From NCBI GenBank assembly GCA_964643315.1, contig CAZXSR010000003.1, forward strand, positions 88,506 to 152,505: DNA of 64,000 bases. The letters run 5' to 3'. Under the pieces are notes generated by a model, which ran no database searches, was not told the DNA's origin, and worked only from the letters and a program-made list of their open reading frames with translations. This DNA comes from an uncultured Ferruginibacter sp. GTDB taxonomy: Bacteria > Bacteroidota > Bacteroidia > Chitinophagales > Chitinophagaceae. Every line of letters starts with the position of its first letter. Positions within the stretch are counted from its first letter, which is position 1. This document shows positions 20,661 through 29,673 of this stretch, one piece after another. Both the position numbers and the translations under genes were made by a program.

Positions 20661-20695
20661 AACCTTGAACTTTAAACATTGAACCTATAACTTCT
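20661..20695 (+). repeat. Five tandem degenerate heptamers
   Basis: AACCTTG AACTTTA AACATTG AACCTAT AACTTCT, ending 1 nt before the next ATG. Confidence 0.75.
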
Positions 20696-20696
20696 C

Positions 20697-22751
20697 ATGT
20701 CTCTACCTACCGACATCCTCCTCAAAGCCTATCGCCTAATGTGTTTAGCCGGACACATGGCAGATACCTATGAGGCCAATAGGCAGGTTTGTAAATATGT
20801 ACACAGTACTTCATGCGGACATGAAGCCATTCAATTGGCTACTGCTTTTCAACTCAAGCCATGCGATTATGTAAGTCCTTATTACCGCGATGAAAGCATC
20901 ATGCTTGGCTTGGGATTTTCTCCTTACACGCTCATGCTTCAATTGCTTGCAAAAGGAGATGATATTTTTACCGGAGGTAGAGAATATTACAATCATCCCA
21001 ATTATCGGGGAGCCGATGCACCCAACATCATCCACCAAAGCAGTGCTACAGGTATGCAGGCAATTCCTACTACAGGTTTGGCGCAGGGAATTCAATATCT
21101 CGAAAAAATCAATCAATTATCATCCGGCGACAAACCCGTTATCATATGTTCATTGGGCGATGCCTCTGTAACTGAAGGCGAAGTGAGTGAAGCATTTCAA
21201 TTTGCAGCACTGCATCAATTGCCCATCATATATCTTGTGCAGGATAACGACTGGGGTATCAGTGTTACCTCAAGCGAAGCGCGTACCTCCAATGCCTATG
21301 ATTTCATTGAGGGATTTAAAGGCATTCAGCGTATAAGCATCAACGGTAGTGATTTCAATGAATCTTTCAATACCATGAAAAAAGTGGTGGAAGATGTTCG
21401 CACAAACAGAAAACCCTGGCTGGTACATGCAAAAGTGCCATTGCTGGGCCATCATACCAGTGGGGTACGTAAAGACTTTTATCGGACTGATGCAGAGCTT
21501 CAGAAATCTTTAGAGAGAGATCCTCGCCCACTTTTGCGGCTACTGCTAACCAAAAACGGAATCAGCGAGCAGGAGATACAAAACATAGAGCAAGAAACCG
21601 CATTGGAAGTAACGACTGATTTTGAAAAAGCAAAAAATGCTTCAGAACCAGACCCGGCTACGATTGAATCGCATGTATTTGCTCCAACTCCAATAACAGA
21701 AGAAAAAGGAAACCGTACACCTTCAAACAAAGAAAAAGTATTGATGGTAGATGCGGCATTATTTGCGATTCGCGAAATTATGGAAGAATTTCCTGAAGCT
21801 GTATTATACGGACAGGATGTGGGGAAAAGACTGGGAGGCGTATTTCGTGAAGCAGCCACTTTAGGTGAACAGTTTGGTGACCATCGCGTATTTAATACGG
21901 CTATACAGGAAGCTTACATCATCGGCTCTACAGTTGGCATGAGTGCTGTAGGTGTTAAGCCAATTGTTGAAGTTCAATTTGCTGACTATATCTACCCGGG
22001 CTTCAATCAATTGGTTACAGAAATTTCCAAAAGCTGTTATTTAAGTTGCGGAAAATTTCCCGTGCAAACTTTGATTCGTGTTCCCATTGGAGCTTATGGC
22101 GGTGGTGGTCCTTACCACAGTGGTAGTGTAGAGAGTACATTGTTAACCATCAAAGGAATTAAAGTGGTCTATCCTTCCAATGCTGCCGATATGAAAGGAT
22201 TAATGAAAGCTGCTTTTCTGGATCCAAATCCTGTAGTGATGCTGGAACATAAAGGATTGTACTGGAGTAAAGTACCGGGTACCGAAGATGCAAAAACGAC
22301 TGAACCAGACAAGGATTATGTCCTCCCATTGGGAAAAGCTTCCATCGTTTTACATGCCAGCGATGACAATATCCATAATGGTGAATCTATTTGTGTTGTG
22401 ACGTATGGGATGGGAGTTTATTGGGCGAAAGCGGCTGCTAAACAATTTAATCAACAAGTGGAAATTATTGATTTGCGCACTTTATATCCATTGGATGAAG
22501 ACATGATATTTGATCGGGTAAGTTTGCACGGAAAATGTTTGATACTTACAGAAGAACAACAAAATAATTCCTTTGCCGAAGCACTTGCCGGCAGAATATC
22601 CAAAGCCTGTTTTCAAAAACTGGATGCTCCCGTAGAAGTGCTGGGAGCACTTAATGTTCCGGCTGTGCCAATGAATATGCTTTTAGAGAAAGCGATGCTG
22701 CCTAGTGCAGAAAAAGTAGCTGAAAGGATTGGGAAATTGTTGAATGGGTAG
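20697..22751 (+). CDS. Fused alpha/beta E1 2-oxoacid dehydrogenase (probably branched-chain, 2-oxoisovalerate type)
   Basis: GHEAIQ, YYRD, GDASVTEGE..N ThDP motif, YGQDVG..GGVFR, EVQFADY, GPYHS; substrate specificity inferred. Confidence 0.88.
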   Translation: MSLPTDILLKAYRLMCLAGHMADTYEANRQVCKYVHSTSCGHEAIQLATAFQLKPCDYVSPYYRDESIMLGLGFSPYTLMLQLLAKGDDIFTGGREYYNHPNYRGADAPNIIHQSSATGMQAIPTTGLAQGIQYLEKINQLSSGDKPVIICSLGDASVTEGEVSEAFQFAALHQLPIIYLVQDNDWGISVTSSEARTSNAYDFIEGFKGIQRISINGSDFNESFNTMKKVVEDVRTNRKPWLVHAKVPLLGHHTSGVRKDFYRTDAELQKSLERDPRPLLRLLLTKNGISEQEIQNIEQETALEVTTDFEKAKNASEPDPATIESHVFAPTPITEEKGNRTPSNKEKVLMVDAALFAIREIMEEFPEAVLYGQDVGKRLGGVFREAATLGEQFGDHRVFNTAIQEAYIIGSTVGMSAVGVKPIVEVQFADYIYPGFNQLVTEISKSCYLSCGKFPVQTLIRVPIGAYGGGGPYHSGSVESTLLTIKGIKVVYPSNAADMKGLMKAAFLDPNPVVMLEHKGLYWSKVPGTEDAKTTEPDKDYVLPLGKASIVLHASDDNIHNGESICVVTYGMGVYWAKAAAKQFNQQVEIIDLRTLYPLDEDMIFDRVSLHGKCLILTEEQQNNSFAEALAGRISKACFQKLDAPVEVLGALNVPAVPMNMLLEKAMLPSAEKVAERIGKLLNG

Positions 22752-22804
22752 AATTTTAATTGTATTCTACTAAGCTGATTTGCATTATTAAAATACATTT
22801 TACA

Positions 22805-23470
22805 TTAATCTTTCAGGCACCGAACTGATAATCCATACGCACCTTCTAATGTATTCCTCATTACTCCAGAATATGCGTCATTAGACAATAGAGCGAAAGT
22901 ATAAAAAGTATAATCAGTATTAGCAGATGAACTCCACCAATGCCCTCCATTCCTGATGTCACTAAATAAACCATGTTCATTTCTAAATCCTCCAGGCATA
23001 GCTGAAAATCCACTTGTGTTGCTCCCATTTCCTGAAATTTCCTTACTGCTATATAGCGAACAAGACTGACCATCATACCAACTACTCCACCCAGTTTTTG
23101 TTTTCATTTTTTGGGGCGCATCATTATCCAAGTATTGCTCTAGAATAGTCCAATCATCATCCGTCGGAACGTGCCATCCCTTTGGTGCTAGCCCCCTTGA
23201 GTCATTAATTGCAAACCAATTATAAAGTTTTCCATATTTTTTGCCGTTTTTCAGATTATTTTCATAATAACACCATGCAGGAAGTTTCTTCTGACCAGCA
23301 ATTGCCCACTCCTTAGCAGTTTTTGCTTGTGGTATTGTATCTCCATTTCGAAAGGTTTCTACATCTAAGTTCTTGGTAGCCCACACTTGTGTTCCAATAG
23401 TTACCACTTGTGAAAACCCTTGGTTAAAAAAAACTAACAATATCAAGCAAGAGAAAAAGAACTTTTTCAT
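22805..23470 (-). CDS. FISUMP (Fibrobacter succinogenes major paralogous domain) secreted protein
   Basis: Signal peptide; IGTQVWATKNL, YGKLYNW, PKGWHVPT..W, GFSAMPGG, WWSS, SVRCLKD. Confidence 0.92.
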   Translation of the reverse strand: MKKFFFSCLILLVFFNQGFSQVVTIGTQVWATKNLDVETFRNGDTIPQAKTAKEWAIAGQKKLPAWCYYENNLKNGKKYGKLYNWFAINDSRGLAPKGWHVPTDDDWTILEQYLDNDAPQKMKTKTGWSSWYDGQSCSLYSSKEISGNGSNTSGFSAMPGGFRNEHGLFSDIRNGGHWWSSSANTDYTFYTFALLSNDAYSGVMRNTLEGAYGLSVRCLKD

Positions 23471-23529
23471 AAAATAGTTTATAAATAATGTTTTTAATAG
23501 CTACTCTACTAAAAAATCAAAAATCTGCG

Positions 23530-24180
23530 TCACACCATCAACCCATCCCTCATATGCAATACCCGATCACTCATTGCAGCAAGTGATTCATTGTGAGTGA
23601 CAATCAAAAATGTTTGTTGGAACTCATCACGCAATTCGGCGAATAATTTATGCATCTCCTCCGCATTAACAGAATCCAGATTTCCGGTAGGCTCGTCCGC
23701 CATGATGATGGAAGGTGAATTTATCAATGCTCTTGCAACTGCCACACGCTGTTGCTCACCGCCCGACATTTCAGATGGTTTTTGATGCACGATTTTCTCC
23801 AGTTTTAAACGATGCAATAATTCCAATGCCCTTGTCTCCACCTCCTTGTTTTTTCTATTGGCAATCCAACCGGGTATGCAAACATTTTCCAAAGCGGTGA
23901 ATTCCGGCAACAAATGATGAAACTGAAATACAAATCCGATATGCTTATTACGGAATGCAGCCAGTTTCTTTCCTTTTAAAGAGGTAACATCAACCTCATT
24001 GATTCTTATGTTGCCTTTATCTGCAGTATCCAGCGTGCCTAAAATATGCAGCAAGGTACTTTTCCCTGCTCCTGATGCACCGGTGATACATACGATTTCA
24101 CCTTTTCTAATTTCCATATCTATCCCGCGAAGCACTCGACGATTTTCGTAAGATTTTTCAAGCTGACTGACAGTTAACAT
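23530..24180 (-). CDS. lolD: ABC transporter ATP-binding protein, LolD-like
   Basis: GASGAGKST, GFVFQFHHLLPEFTALENV, MSGGEQQRVAVARAL, ADEPTGNLD, VTHN; start set at MLTVSQ. Confidence 0.85.
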   Translation of the reverse strand: MLTVSQLEKSYENRRVLRGIDMEIRKGEIVCITGASGAGKSTLLHILGTLDTADKGNIRINEVDVTSLKGKKLAAFRNKHIGFVFQFHHLLPEFTALENVCIPGWIANRKNKEVETRALELLHRLKLEKIVHQKPSEMSGGEQQRVAVARALINSPSIIMADEPTGNLDSVNAEEMHKLFAELRDEFQQTFLIVTHNESLAAMSDRVLHMRDGLMV

Positions 24181-24264
24181 ACAATAAAAATAACCATTTT
24201 TCGGCTTGTAAATAGGCAAAATTTAGATATGAGAAAAAGCAGTTCTTCTCCGTAAAAAAACACT

Positions 24265-24295
24265 TTTGTTTATTTCAGCGTAAACTATACATTTG
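24265..24295 (+). promoter_or_regulatory. Bacteroidota housekeeping promoter for DUF2795 gene
   Basis: TTTG (24265-24268), 19-nt spacer, TACATTTG (24288-24295). Confidence 0.85.
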
Positions 24296-24320
24296 CAAAA
24301 AATTAAACCCCTTTTTACCG

Positions 24321-24542
24321 ATGTTTTGGACACTAGAACTGGCATCGCATCTTGAAGATGCACCCTGGCCTGCCACCAAGGATGAACTGATCGATTACAG
24401 CATTCGTAGCGGGGCTCCGATAGAGGTGATAGAAAACCTGCAGGAACTCGAAGATGAAGGTGAAATTTATGAAGGCCTGGAAGACATTTGGCCCGACTAT
24501 CCCAGTCAGGATGACTTCTTCTTTAATGAAGATGAATACTGA
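24321..24542 (+). CDS. DUF2795 domain small acidic protein
   Basis: MFWTLELASHLEDAPWPATKDELIDY...DFFFNEDEY, recognisable conserved Bacteroidota family; own promoter and terminator. Confidence 0.92.
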   Translation: MFWTLELASHLEDAPWPATKDELIDYSIRSGAPIEVIENLQELEDEGEIYEGLEDIWPDYPSQDDFFFNEDEY

Positions 24543-24562
24543 TTAAAATCTGTAAAAAACGT

Positions 24563-24592
24563 AAGCCGTCAAATTGAATTGACGGCTTTTTA
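24563..24592. terminator. Terminator hairpin between convergent DUF2795 and SemiSWEET genes
   Basis: AAGCCGTCAA-ATTGAA-TTGACGGCTT followed by T tract on plus. Confidence 0.8.
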
Positions 24593-24617
24593 TTTTGAAT
24601 AAAAAACATGAAAGTTG

Positions 24618-24875
24618 TTACTCATTATACCTAAACTTGAAATATATCAGTAAAACCGATAGCGTGCAAATGATCGTGTTGCAAATAATCACCGGCCATA
24701 AATTTTTACCGATTCCATACACCACCCAAATAATGGTGCTGATAAAAACAATAAAGAGTGTAGCAGTATTTAAATCCTTAGCTGTCCTGCTCTTCCATGT
24801 CTGATATACCTGAGGCATAAAAGTGATGCTGCTCAAAGTAGAACCAAGATGTCCTATGATTTCGTAAAAGTCCAT
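24618..24875 (-). CDS. SemiSWEET family sugar transporter
   Basis: 85 aa, three TM segments, PQ motif (FMPQVYQTWK), W..YG, PVIICN; start set at MDFYEI. Confidence 0.9.
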   Translation of the reverse strand: MDFYEIIGHLGSTLSSITFMPQVYQTWKSRTAKDLNTATLFIVFISTIIWVVYGIGKNLWPVIICNTIICTLSVLLIYFKFRYNE

Positions 24876-24936
24876 GGAGCAATAAGCGTGTTTGTATATG
24901 GAATGGTTGATAATTGAATGAACCTGATTAACTGAC

Positions 24937-25746
24937 TCAACCCATCCTTTCAATCACATCATTCGTAACCCCTGTAAATGAAAACCCTCCGTCATGGAAG
25001 AGATTTTGCATGGTAACCATGCGGGTAAAATCGCTGAACATGGCCACGCAATATTTTGCACAATCCTCAGCACTTGCATTTCCTAATGGACTCATTTTTT
25101 CAGCATAGTTGATAAATCCATCAAAACCTTTTACTCCGCTACCGGCTGTTGTTCTGGTTGGAGATTGAGAGATGGTGTTGATACGCACATGTTTTTTTGC
25201 ACCGTAGTGATATCCAAAGCTGCGTGCCACGCTCTCAAGCAATGCTTTTGCATCAGCCATCTCATTGTAGTCCGGGAAAATACGTTGTGCGGCAATGTAG
25301 CTCAATGCAATCACACTTCCCCACTCATTGATGGCATCATGTTTCATACATGAAGCCAACACACGATGCAAACTCATAGATGAAATTTCCAGTGTTTTAA
25401 GGTTGTGTGCATAATCTATTTCGGTATAGTGCTTTCCCTTACGAACATTCAAACTCATTCCAATGGAATGTAGAATAAAATCAAAACCGCCACCAAAATG
25501 CTCCATACTTTTGGTAACCAGATTTTCAACATCCTCACCATTACTTACATCACAGGCAATAACCGGCGCATTGATTTTTTCGGCCAGTTTATTGATTTCT
25601 CCCATACGCATGGCTACGGGTGCATTGGTAAGCACAATTTGAGCACCTTCTTCATGACATTTCAATGCTGTAATCCATGCTATAGATTTTTCATCGAGTG
25701 CCCCAAAAATGATTCCCTTTTTTCCTTGTAATAATCCGTGTGCCAT
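24937..25746 (-). CDS. fabI: Enoyl-ACP reductase (FabI, Bacteroidota type)
   Basis: GKKGIIFGALDEKSIAW, DFILHSIGMS, YNEMADAKALLES, RINTISQSPT, HDGGFS. Confidence 0.93.
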   Translation of the reverse strand: MAHGLLQGKKGIIFGALDEKSIAWITALKCHEEGAQIVLTNAPVAMRMGEINKLAEKINAPVIACDVSNGEDVENLVTKSMEHFGGGFDFILHSIGMSLNVRKGKHYTEIDYAHNLKTLEISSMSLHRVLASCMKHDAINEWGSVIALSYIAAQRIFPDYNEMADAKALLESVARSFGYHYGAKKHVRINTISQSPTRTTAGSGVKGFDGFINYAEKMSPLGNASAEDCAKYCVAMFSDFTRMVTMQNLFHDGGFSFTGVTNDVIERMG

Positions 25747-25810
25747 GCTGAGTTTTTTTATGATTGATTAATTGATTTGCAAAACTACTTGATTATGATT
25801 AAATACAGTA

Positions 25811-27472
25811 CTACTCTTTACCTGTAACCATTTCTCTGGCATTTTCCAGCGCCGTTGCAGTTGGCTTTTCTCCACTCATCATTTGGGCAATTATTTCTAC
25901 CCTTTCTTCATCTTTTAACTTTCGAACAGCAGTTTGTATGATGCCCTCTTGCTCTTGTTTGTAAATGAAATAATGACTATTTGCTTTGGCAGCAATTTGA
26001 GGCTGATGGGTTATAGCCATGATTTGATGGGCATCTGCCAACGACTGCATCAGTAAGCCCACCTGTTTGGCTGCTTCTCCACTGATGCCTGTATCTATCT
26101 CATCAAAGATCATCGTAGGCAATGCCATCTTTCCCGCTACCAATGATTTAACGGCAAGCATCAACCTGCTCAATTCACCCCCACTGGCTACTTTGGAAAT
26201 AGATTCAAACTTGCCGCTTTTGTTGGCATCAAACAGCATTTGAATGTGGTCGATACCATGAAAACCCAAAACCTGCTCGTCTATTTGCACTCGAATAACC
26301 GCATTGGGCATACCCAGTTTTTTAAGCAAGGCATTCACTGATTTTTCAAAAGAAGGCACAATGGCTTTTCGTTTTTTTGAAATCATCATAGCAAGATCCA
26401 AACATTCTTTTTCCCGAACTGCTGCCAGTTTTTTCAATACATCCAACTCATCATTGCTCATTTCAAATAGCTGCAATAAATTCTCCAGCTCATGCTGAAT
26501 CTTCAATAATCCTGCCGTATCCTGTACCTGATGTTTTTTCTGCAGTTTATATCCGGCATTCAATCGTTCCTCTATCTCCAAAATCCTTCCGGCGTCTGAT
26601 TGAATCGCATCGGCTTCGACAGAAAGTTCCGAAGCAATATCTTTCAACTCCTCATAAGCAGATTGCAATCTGGGTATCTGTTGCTGAATGCCCGAAGAAA
26701 AATTCTGAACTGTATCTAGTTTTGAAAGTATTGTTTTCAACTGCTGTATCACCGGTATATCGCTTGCCGATAACATATCTGTAACTTGCTGAAGCGTTTG
26801 ACGAATATGATCGGCATGGGTAAGCAAATTGCGCTCTTTCTCCAACAATTCAAGTTCATTTTCCCGAAGAGATAAAGTATTCAATTCTTCAAATAAAAAT
26901 TGATGATAGTCCCTTTGAGATAAAGCCTCCTGATATTTTTTTTCTTTCTCAACCACATCCGTTTTAAGGGCAGAAAGTTCACGATAGTCTATGCGTAATT
27001 GAGCAGACTCCTTCATACAATCCGCCATGGTATCTATGACTTCAGTCTGAAAATCAGTGGCAGCAATATCTGCTGTATCAAACTGCTGATGTAGATCAAC
27101 CAAATGAGTGCCCAACGATTTTAATTGTGCCAATGAAACCGGGGAATCATTGATAAAACTGCGCGATTTACCATTTGCTTGCAGCTCTCTTCGAATAACT
27201 GTTTCCTCCTGCCATTCCAGATCTTCTTTTTCAAACAAACTGATCAGCACATCAGAGGTAGTCAATTGAAAACATGCTTCTACAATACATTTTTGTTTTT
27301 CATCCGGAATTACCGCTCTGTCGGCTCTTTCTCCCAGTACCAGATTCAGGGCTCCCATCAAAATACTCTTGCCTGCCCCTGTTTCGCCAGTAATGATATT
27401 GAATCCTTTCGTGAAGGAAATGTCCACTTCACGAATGATGGCATAATTGCGGATATATAATCGGGAAAGCAT
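25811..27472 (-). CDS. recN: DNA repair protein RecN
   Basis: ITGETGAGKS Walker A, long coiled coil, ASGGELSR signature, IFDEIDTGISG, ITHQPQIAA. Confidence 0.96.
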   Translation of the reverse strand: MLSRLYIRNYAIIREVDISFTKGFNIITGETGAGKSILMGALNLVLGERADRAVIPDEKQKCIVEACFQLTTSDVLISLFEKEDLEWQEETVIRRELQANGKSRSFINDSPVSLAQLKSLGTHLVDLHQQFDTADIAATDFQTEVIDTMADCMKESAQLRIDYRELSALKTDVVEKEKKYQEALSQRDYHQFLFEELNTLSLRENELELLEKERNLLTHADHIRQTLQQVTDMLSASDIPVIQQLKTILSKLDTVQNFSSGIQQQIPRLQSAYEELKDIASELSVEADAIQSDAGRILEIEERLNAGYKLQKKHQVQDTAGLLKIQHELENLLQLFEMSNDELDVLKKLAAVREKECLDLAMMISKKRKAIVPSFEKSVNALLKKLGMPNAVIRVQIDEQVLGFHGIDHIQMLFDANKSGKFESISKVASGGELSRLMLAVKSLVAGKMALPTMIFDEIDTGISGEAAKQVGLLMQSLADAHQIMAITHQPQIAAKANSHYFIYKQEQEGIIQTAVRKLKDEERVEIIAQMMSGEKPTATALENAREMVTGKE

Positions 27473-27521
27473 GAGGCAAATTACTCAAAAAAATTGCATT
27501 GTCGACTGAAGTTTTTTCAAT

Positions 27522-27550
27522 AAAAAAACCCGCTCAAAAGCGGGCTTTTT
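27522..27550. terminator. Terminator downstream of zinc-ribbon gene
   Basis: AAAAAAA-CCCGCT-CAAA-AGCGGG-CTTTTT; A/T tracts on both sides. Confidence 0.85.
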
Positions 27551-27567
27551 ATATATGCTGGTAAAAG

Positions 27568-28323
27568 TTATTTCACTTCAACTGATTCGTGCAATTCATT
27601 GTCGGCTAATATTCGACCACAGTTTTCGCAAGTCATTACTTTTTTACGCAAACGAATTTCACTTTGTTTTTGAGGCGGAATTGCGTGAAAACAACCACCA
27701 CAACTTCCACGCTCTACTTGTACTACAGCTAATCCGTTGCGGAAGTTTCCACGAATACGATCGTAGCCCGTGAGTAAGCGAGCATCCGTTTTTTCGCGCG
27801 CTTCAGACAATACTTTGTTGTACTGTGTTTCCTCTTTCTCAGTTTCTCTAATGATTTTTTCCAGTTCAGCTTTTTTGCTGGTCAAGTTGGAATCTTTGGC
27901 TGCGACTGCTTTTTTAGCCAGATCGAGCTGACGAACTTTATCATTCAATTCTTCGGTTGCATCTTTGATATGCTTTTCGCACAACTTTTCCTCTAGTTGT
28001 TGCATTTCAATTTCTTTATTCAATGCTTCAAACTCCCGACTATTTTTTACATTGTCACTTTGTTTGTTGTATTTCTTTATTAAGGCCTGCGCTTCAGCAA
28101 TACCTTCCTTCTTTTGTTCAATAAATTCCTGAATACCGTTGATCTCTTCTTCAATACGGGTTTGGCGTGCCATCAATCCGGCAATTTCATCTTCGAGGTC
28201 GCGTACTTCCATTGGCAGCTCTCCCTTCAAAATCTGAATTTGATCGAGCTTGCTGTCAATTTTTTGAATACGAATGAGTGCAGATAATTTTTCTTGAACG
28301 GAAAAATCTTTTACAGATGCCAT
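27568..28323 (-). CDS. Coiled-coil protein with C-terminal C4 zinc ribbon (DUF164-like)
   Basis: Long coiled coil; CGGC...CENCGRIL; usual partner of nif3. Confidence 0.9.
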   Translation of the reverse strand: MASVKDFSVQEKLSALIRIQKIDSKLDQIQILKGELPMEVRDLEDEIAGLMARQTRIEEEINGIQEFIEQKKEGIAEAQALIKKYNKQSDNVKNSREFEALNKEIEMQQLEEKLCEKHIKDATEELNDKVRQLDLAKKAVAAKDSNLTSKKAELEKIIRETEKEETQYNKVLSEAREKTDARLLTGYDRIRGNFRNGLAVVQVERGSCGGCFHAIPPQKQSEIRLRKKVMTCENCGRILADNELHESVEVK

Positions 28324-28356
28324 AAAGTATTAACTGTTTAGAACGTTTACACTGAT

Positions 28357-29460
28357 TTAACTTGTTGTAAAATAACAGACAGGGTTCGTGTTAACGCCGG
28401 TTTTAAGGAGTGCAAAGGTAGGAAATTTTTGCCGTAATACATCATAGAAAAGTTCAATTGTCGCCTGTTCGCTTTCAAAATGGCCGATATCTGCCAGAAT
28501 CATATTGCCTGGGCATTCAAAATAATCATGATATTTTAAATCTGAAGTAATGAATATGTCGGCTCCTTGTCTGCCTGCCTCTGCCATCAAAAACCCTCCA
28601 GCACCGCCACAAATGGCAATTTTTTTTATTTTTTTGCCTAATAACCGGGTATGTTTTACCACTTTTAAATCAAATTTCGAGGTTAAATGGCTTAAAAATG
28701 ACACTTCATCTATTTCTTCAGGAAGTTCGCCAATAAGTCCTGATCCCGTATTCAACAGTTCATTCTCCAATGAAATAATATCATAAGCAACCTCTTCATA
28801 AGGGTGATTAGACCACATGGCCTTCAATACTGATTGCTCTGACCAAATTGGATAAATGACCTCGAGTTTTTGCTCCTTTCCGGTATGACGCTGGCCAATG
28901 CTACCAACAGTAGGATCGGCACCCTCATTGGGCTTGAAAGATCCGGTTCCCTCTGTAGTAAAAGAGCATTCAGAATACTTGCTGATATTTCCGGCCCCTG
29001 CTGAAAAGAGCGCATTTTCAAGTGTATTTAAGGAATCTTTGGGTACAAAGACCATCAGTTTTCTGAGCAGTTGTCTTTTGGGAGATAAAATGCGACAATT
29101 CGCTATCCCAAGTTTTAATGCAAAATAATGATTGACCCCTGAAAAAACATTATCCATATTTGTGTGACAGGCATAAATGGCAATATCCTCCTTTATTGCC
29201 AGCATAATGGCTCGCTGAGCATCATTTTTACCAGTCAGCTTTTTAATACCGGAAAAAATAACAGGATGATGCGCAATGATTAGATTGCATTTATTGTCTC
29301 TTGCCTCCTTCACTACCTCTTCGGTAACATCCAAACATAACAGTACTCCTGTACAAACCAACCCTGCATTTCCGACCAATAAGCCGGAATTGTCATACGA
29401 CTCTTGTAAACTAAGTGGGGCTATGGATTCTAACGAAGAGATAACATTTGAAACGGTCAT
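28357..29460 (-). CDS. Nif3-like dinuclear metal centre protein (YbgI/YqfO)
   Basis: QESYDNSGL, HHPVIF, HTNMD, HPYEEVAYD, DIGHFESE; start set at MTVSNV. Confidence 0.93.
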   Translation of the reverse strand: MTVSNVISSLESIAPLSLQESYDNSGLLVGNAGLVCTGVLLCLDVTEEVVKEARDNKCNLIIAHHPVIFSGIKKLTGKNDAQRAIMLAIKEDIAIYACHTNMDNVFSGVNHYFALKLGIANCRILSPKRQLLRKLMVFVPKDSLNTLENALFSAGAGNISKYSECSFTTEGTGSFKPNEGADPTVGSIGQRHTGKEQKLEVIYPIWSEQSVLKAMWSNHPYEEVAYDIISLENELLNTGSGLIGELPEEIDEVSFLSHLTSKFDLKVVKHTRLLGKKIKKIAICGGAGGFLMAEAGRQGADIFITSDLKYHDYFECPGNMILADIGHFESEQATIELFYDVLRQKFPTFALLKTGVNTNPVCYFTTS

Positions 29461-29673
29461 GATTGTTGAATGATTTTTTAACTTGTGGCCCAAAATTATG
29501 TTGCAAAATTTTTGAATCCAATTAATTTTATTGAAGAAAAATCGTATTAATCAGCTCTGAATTATAAAAAAACACAGTTTCTTTCACAATATTTTCACAT
29601 TTTGTCAGTTAATAGTTACATTAGTGACCTCTTTAAAAAAACATCAAATCTATTTGATCAAATTTCTGTGCCC

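Noticed and set aside
27568-29460. Zinc-ribbon plus Nif3 pair as a novel system
   Set aside because: Widely conserved, already recognised gene pairing.
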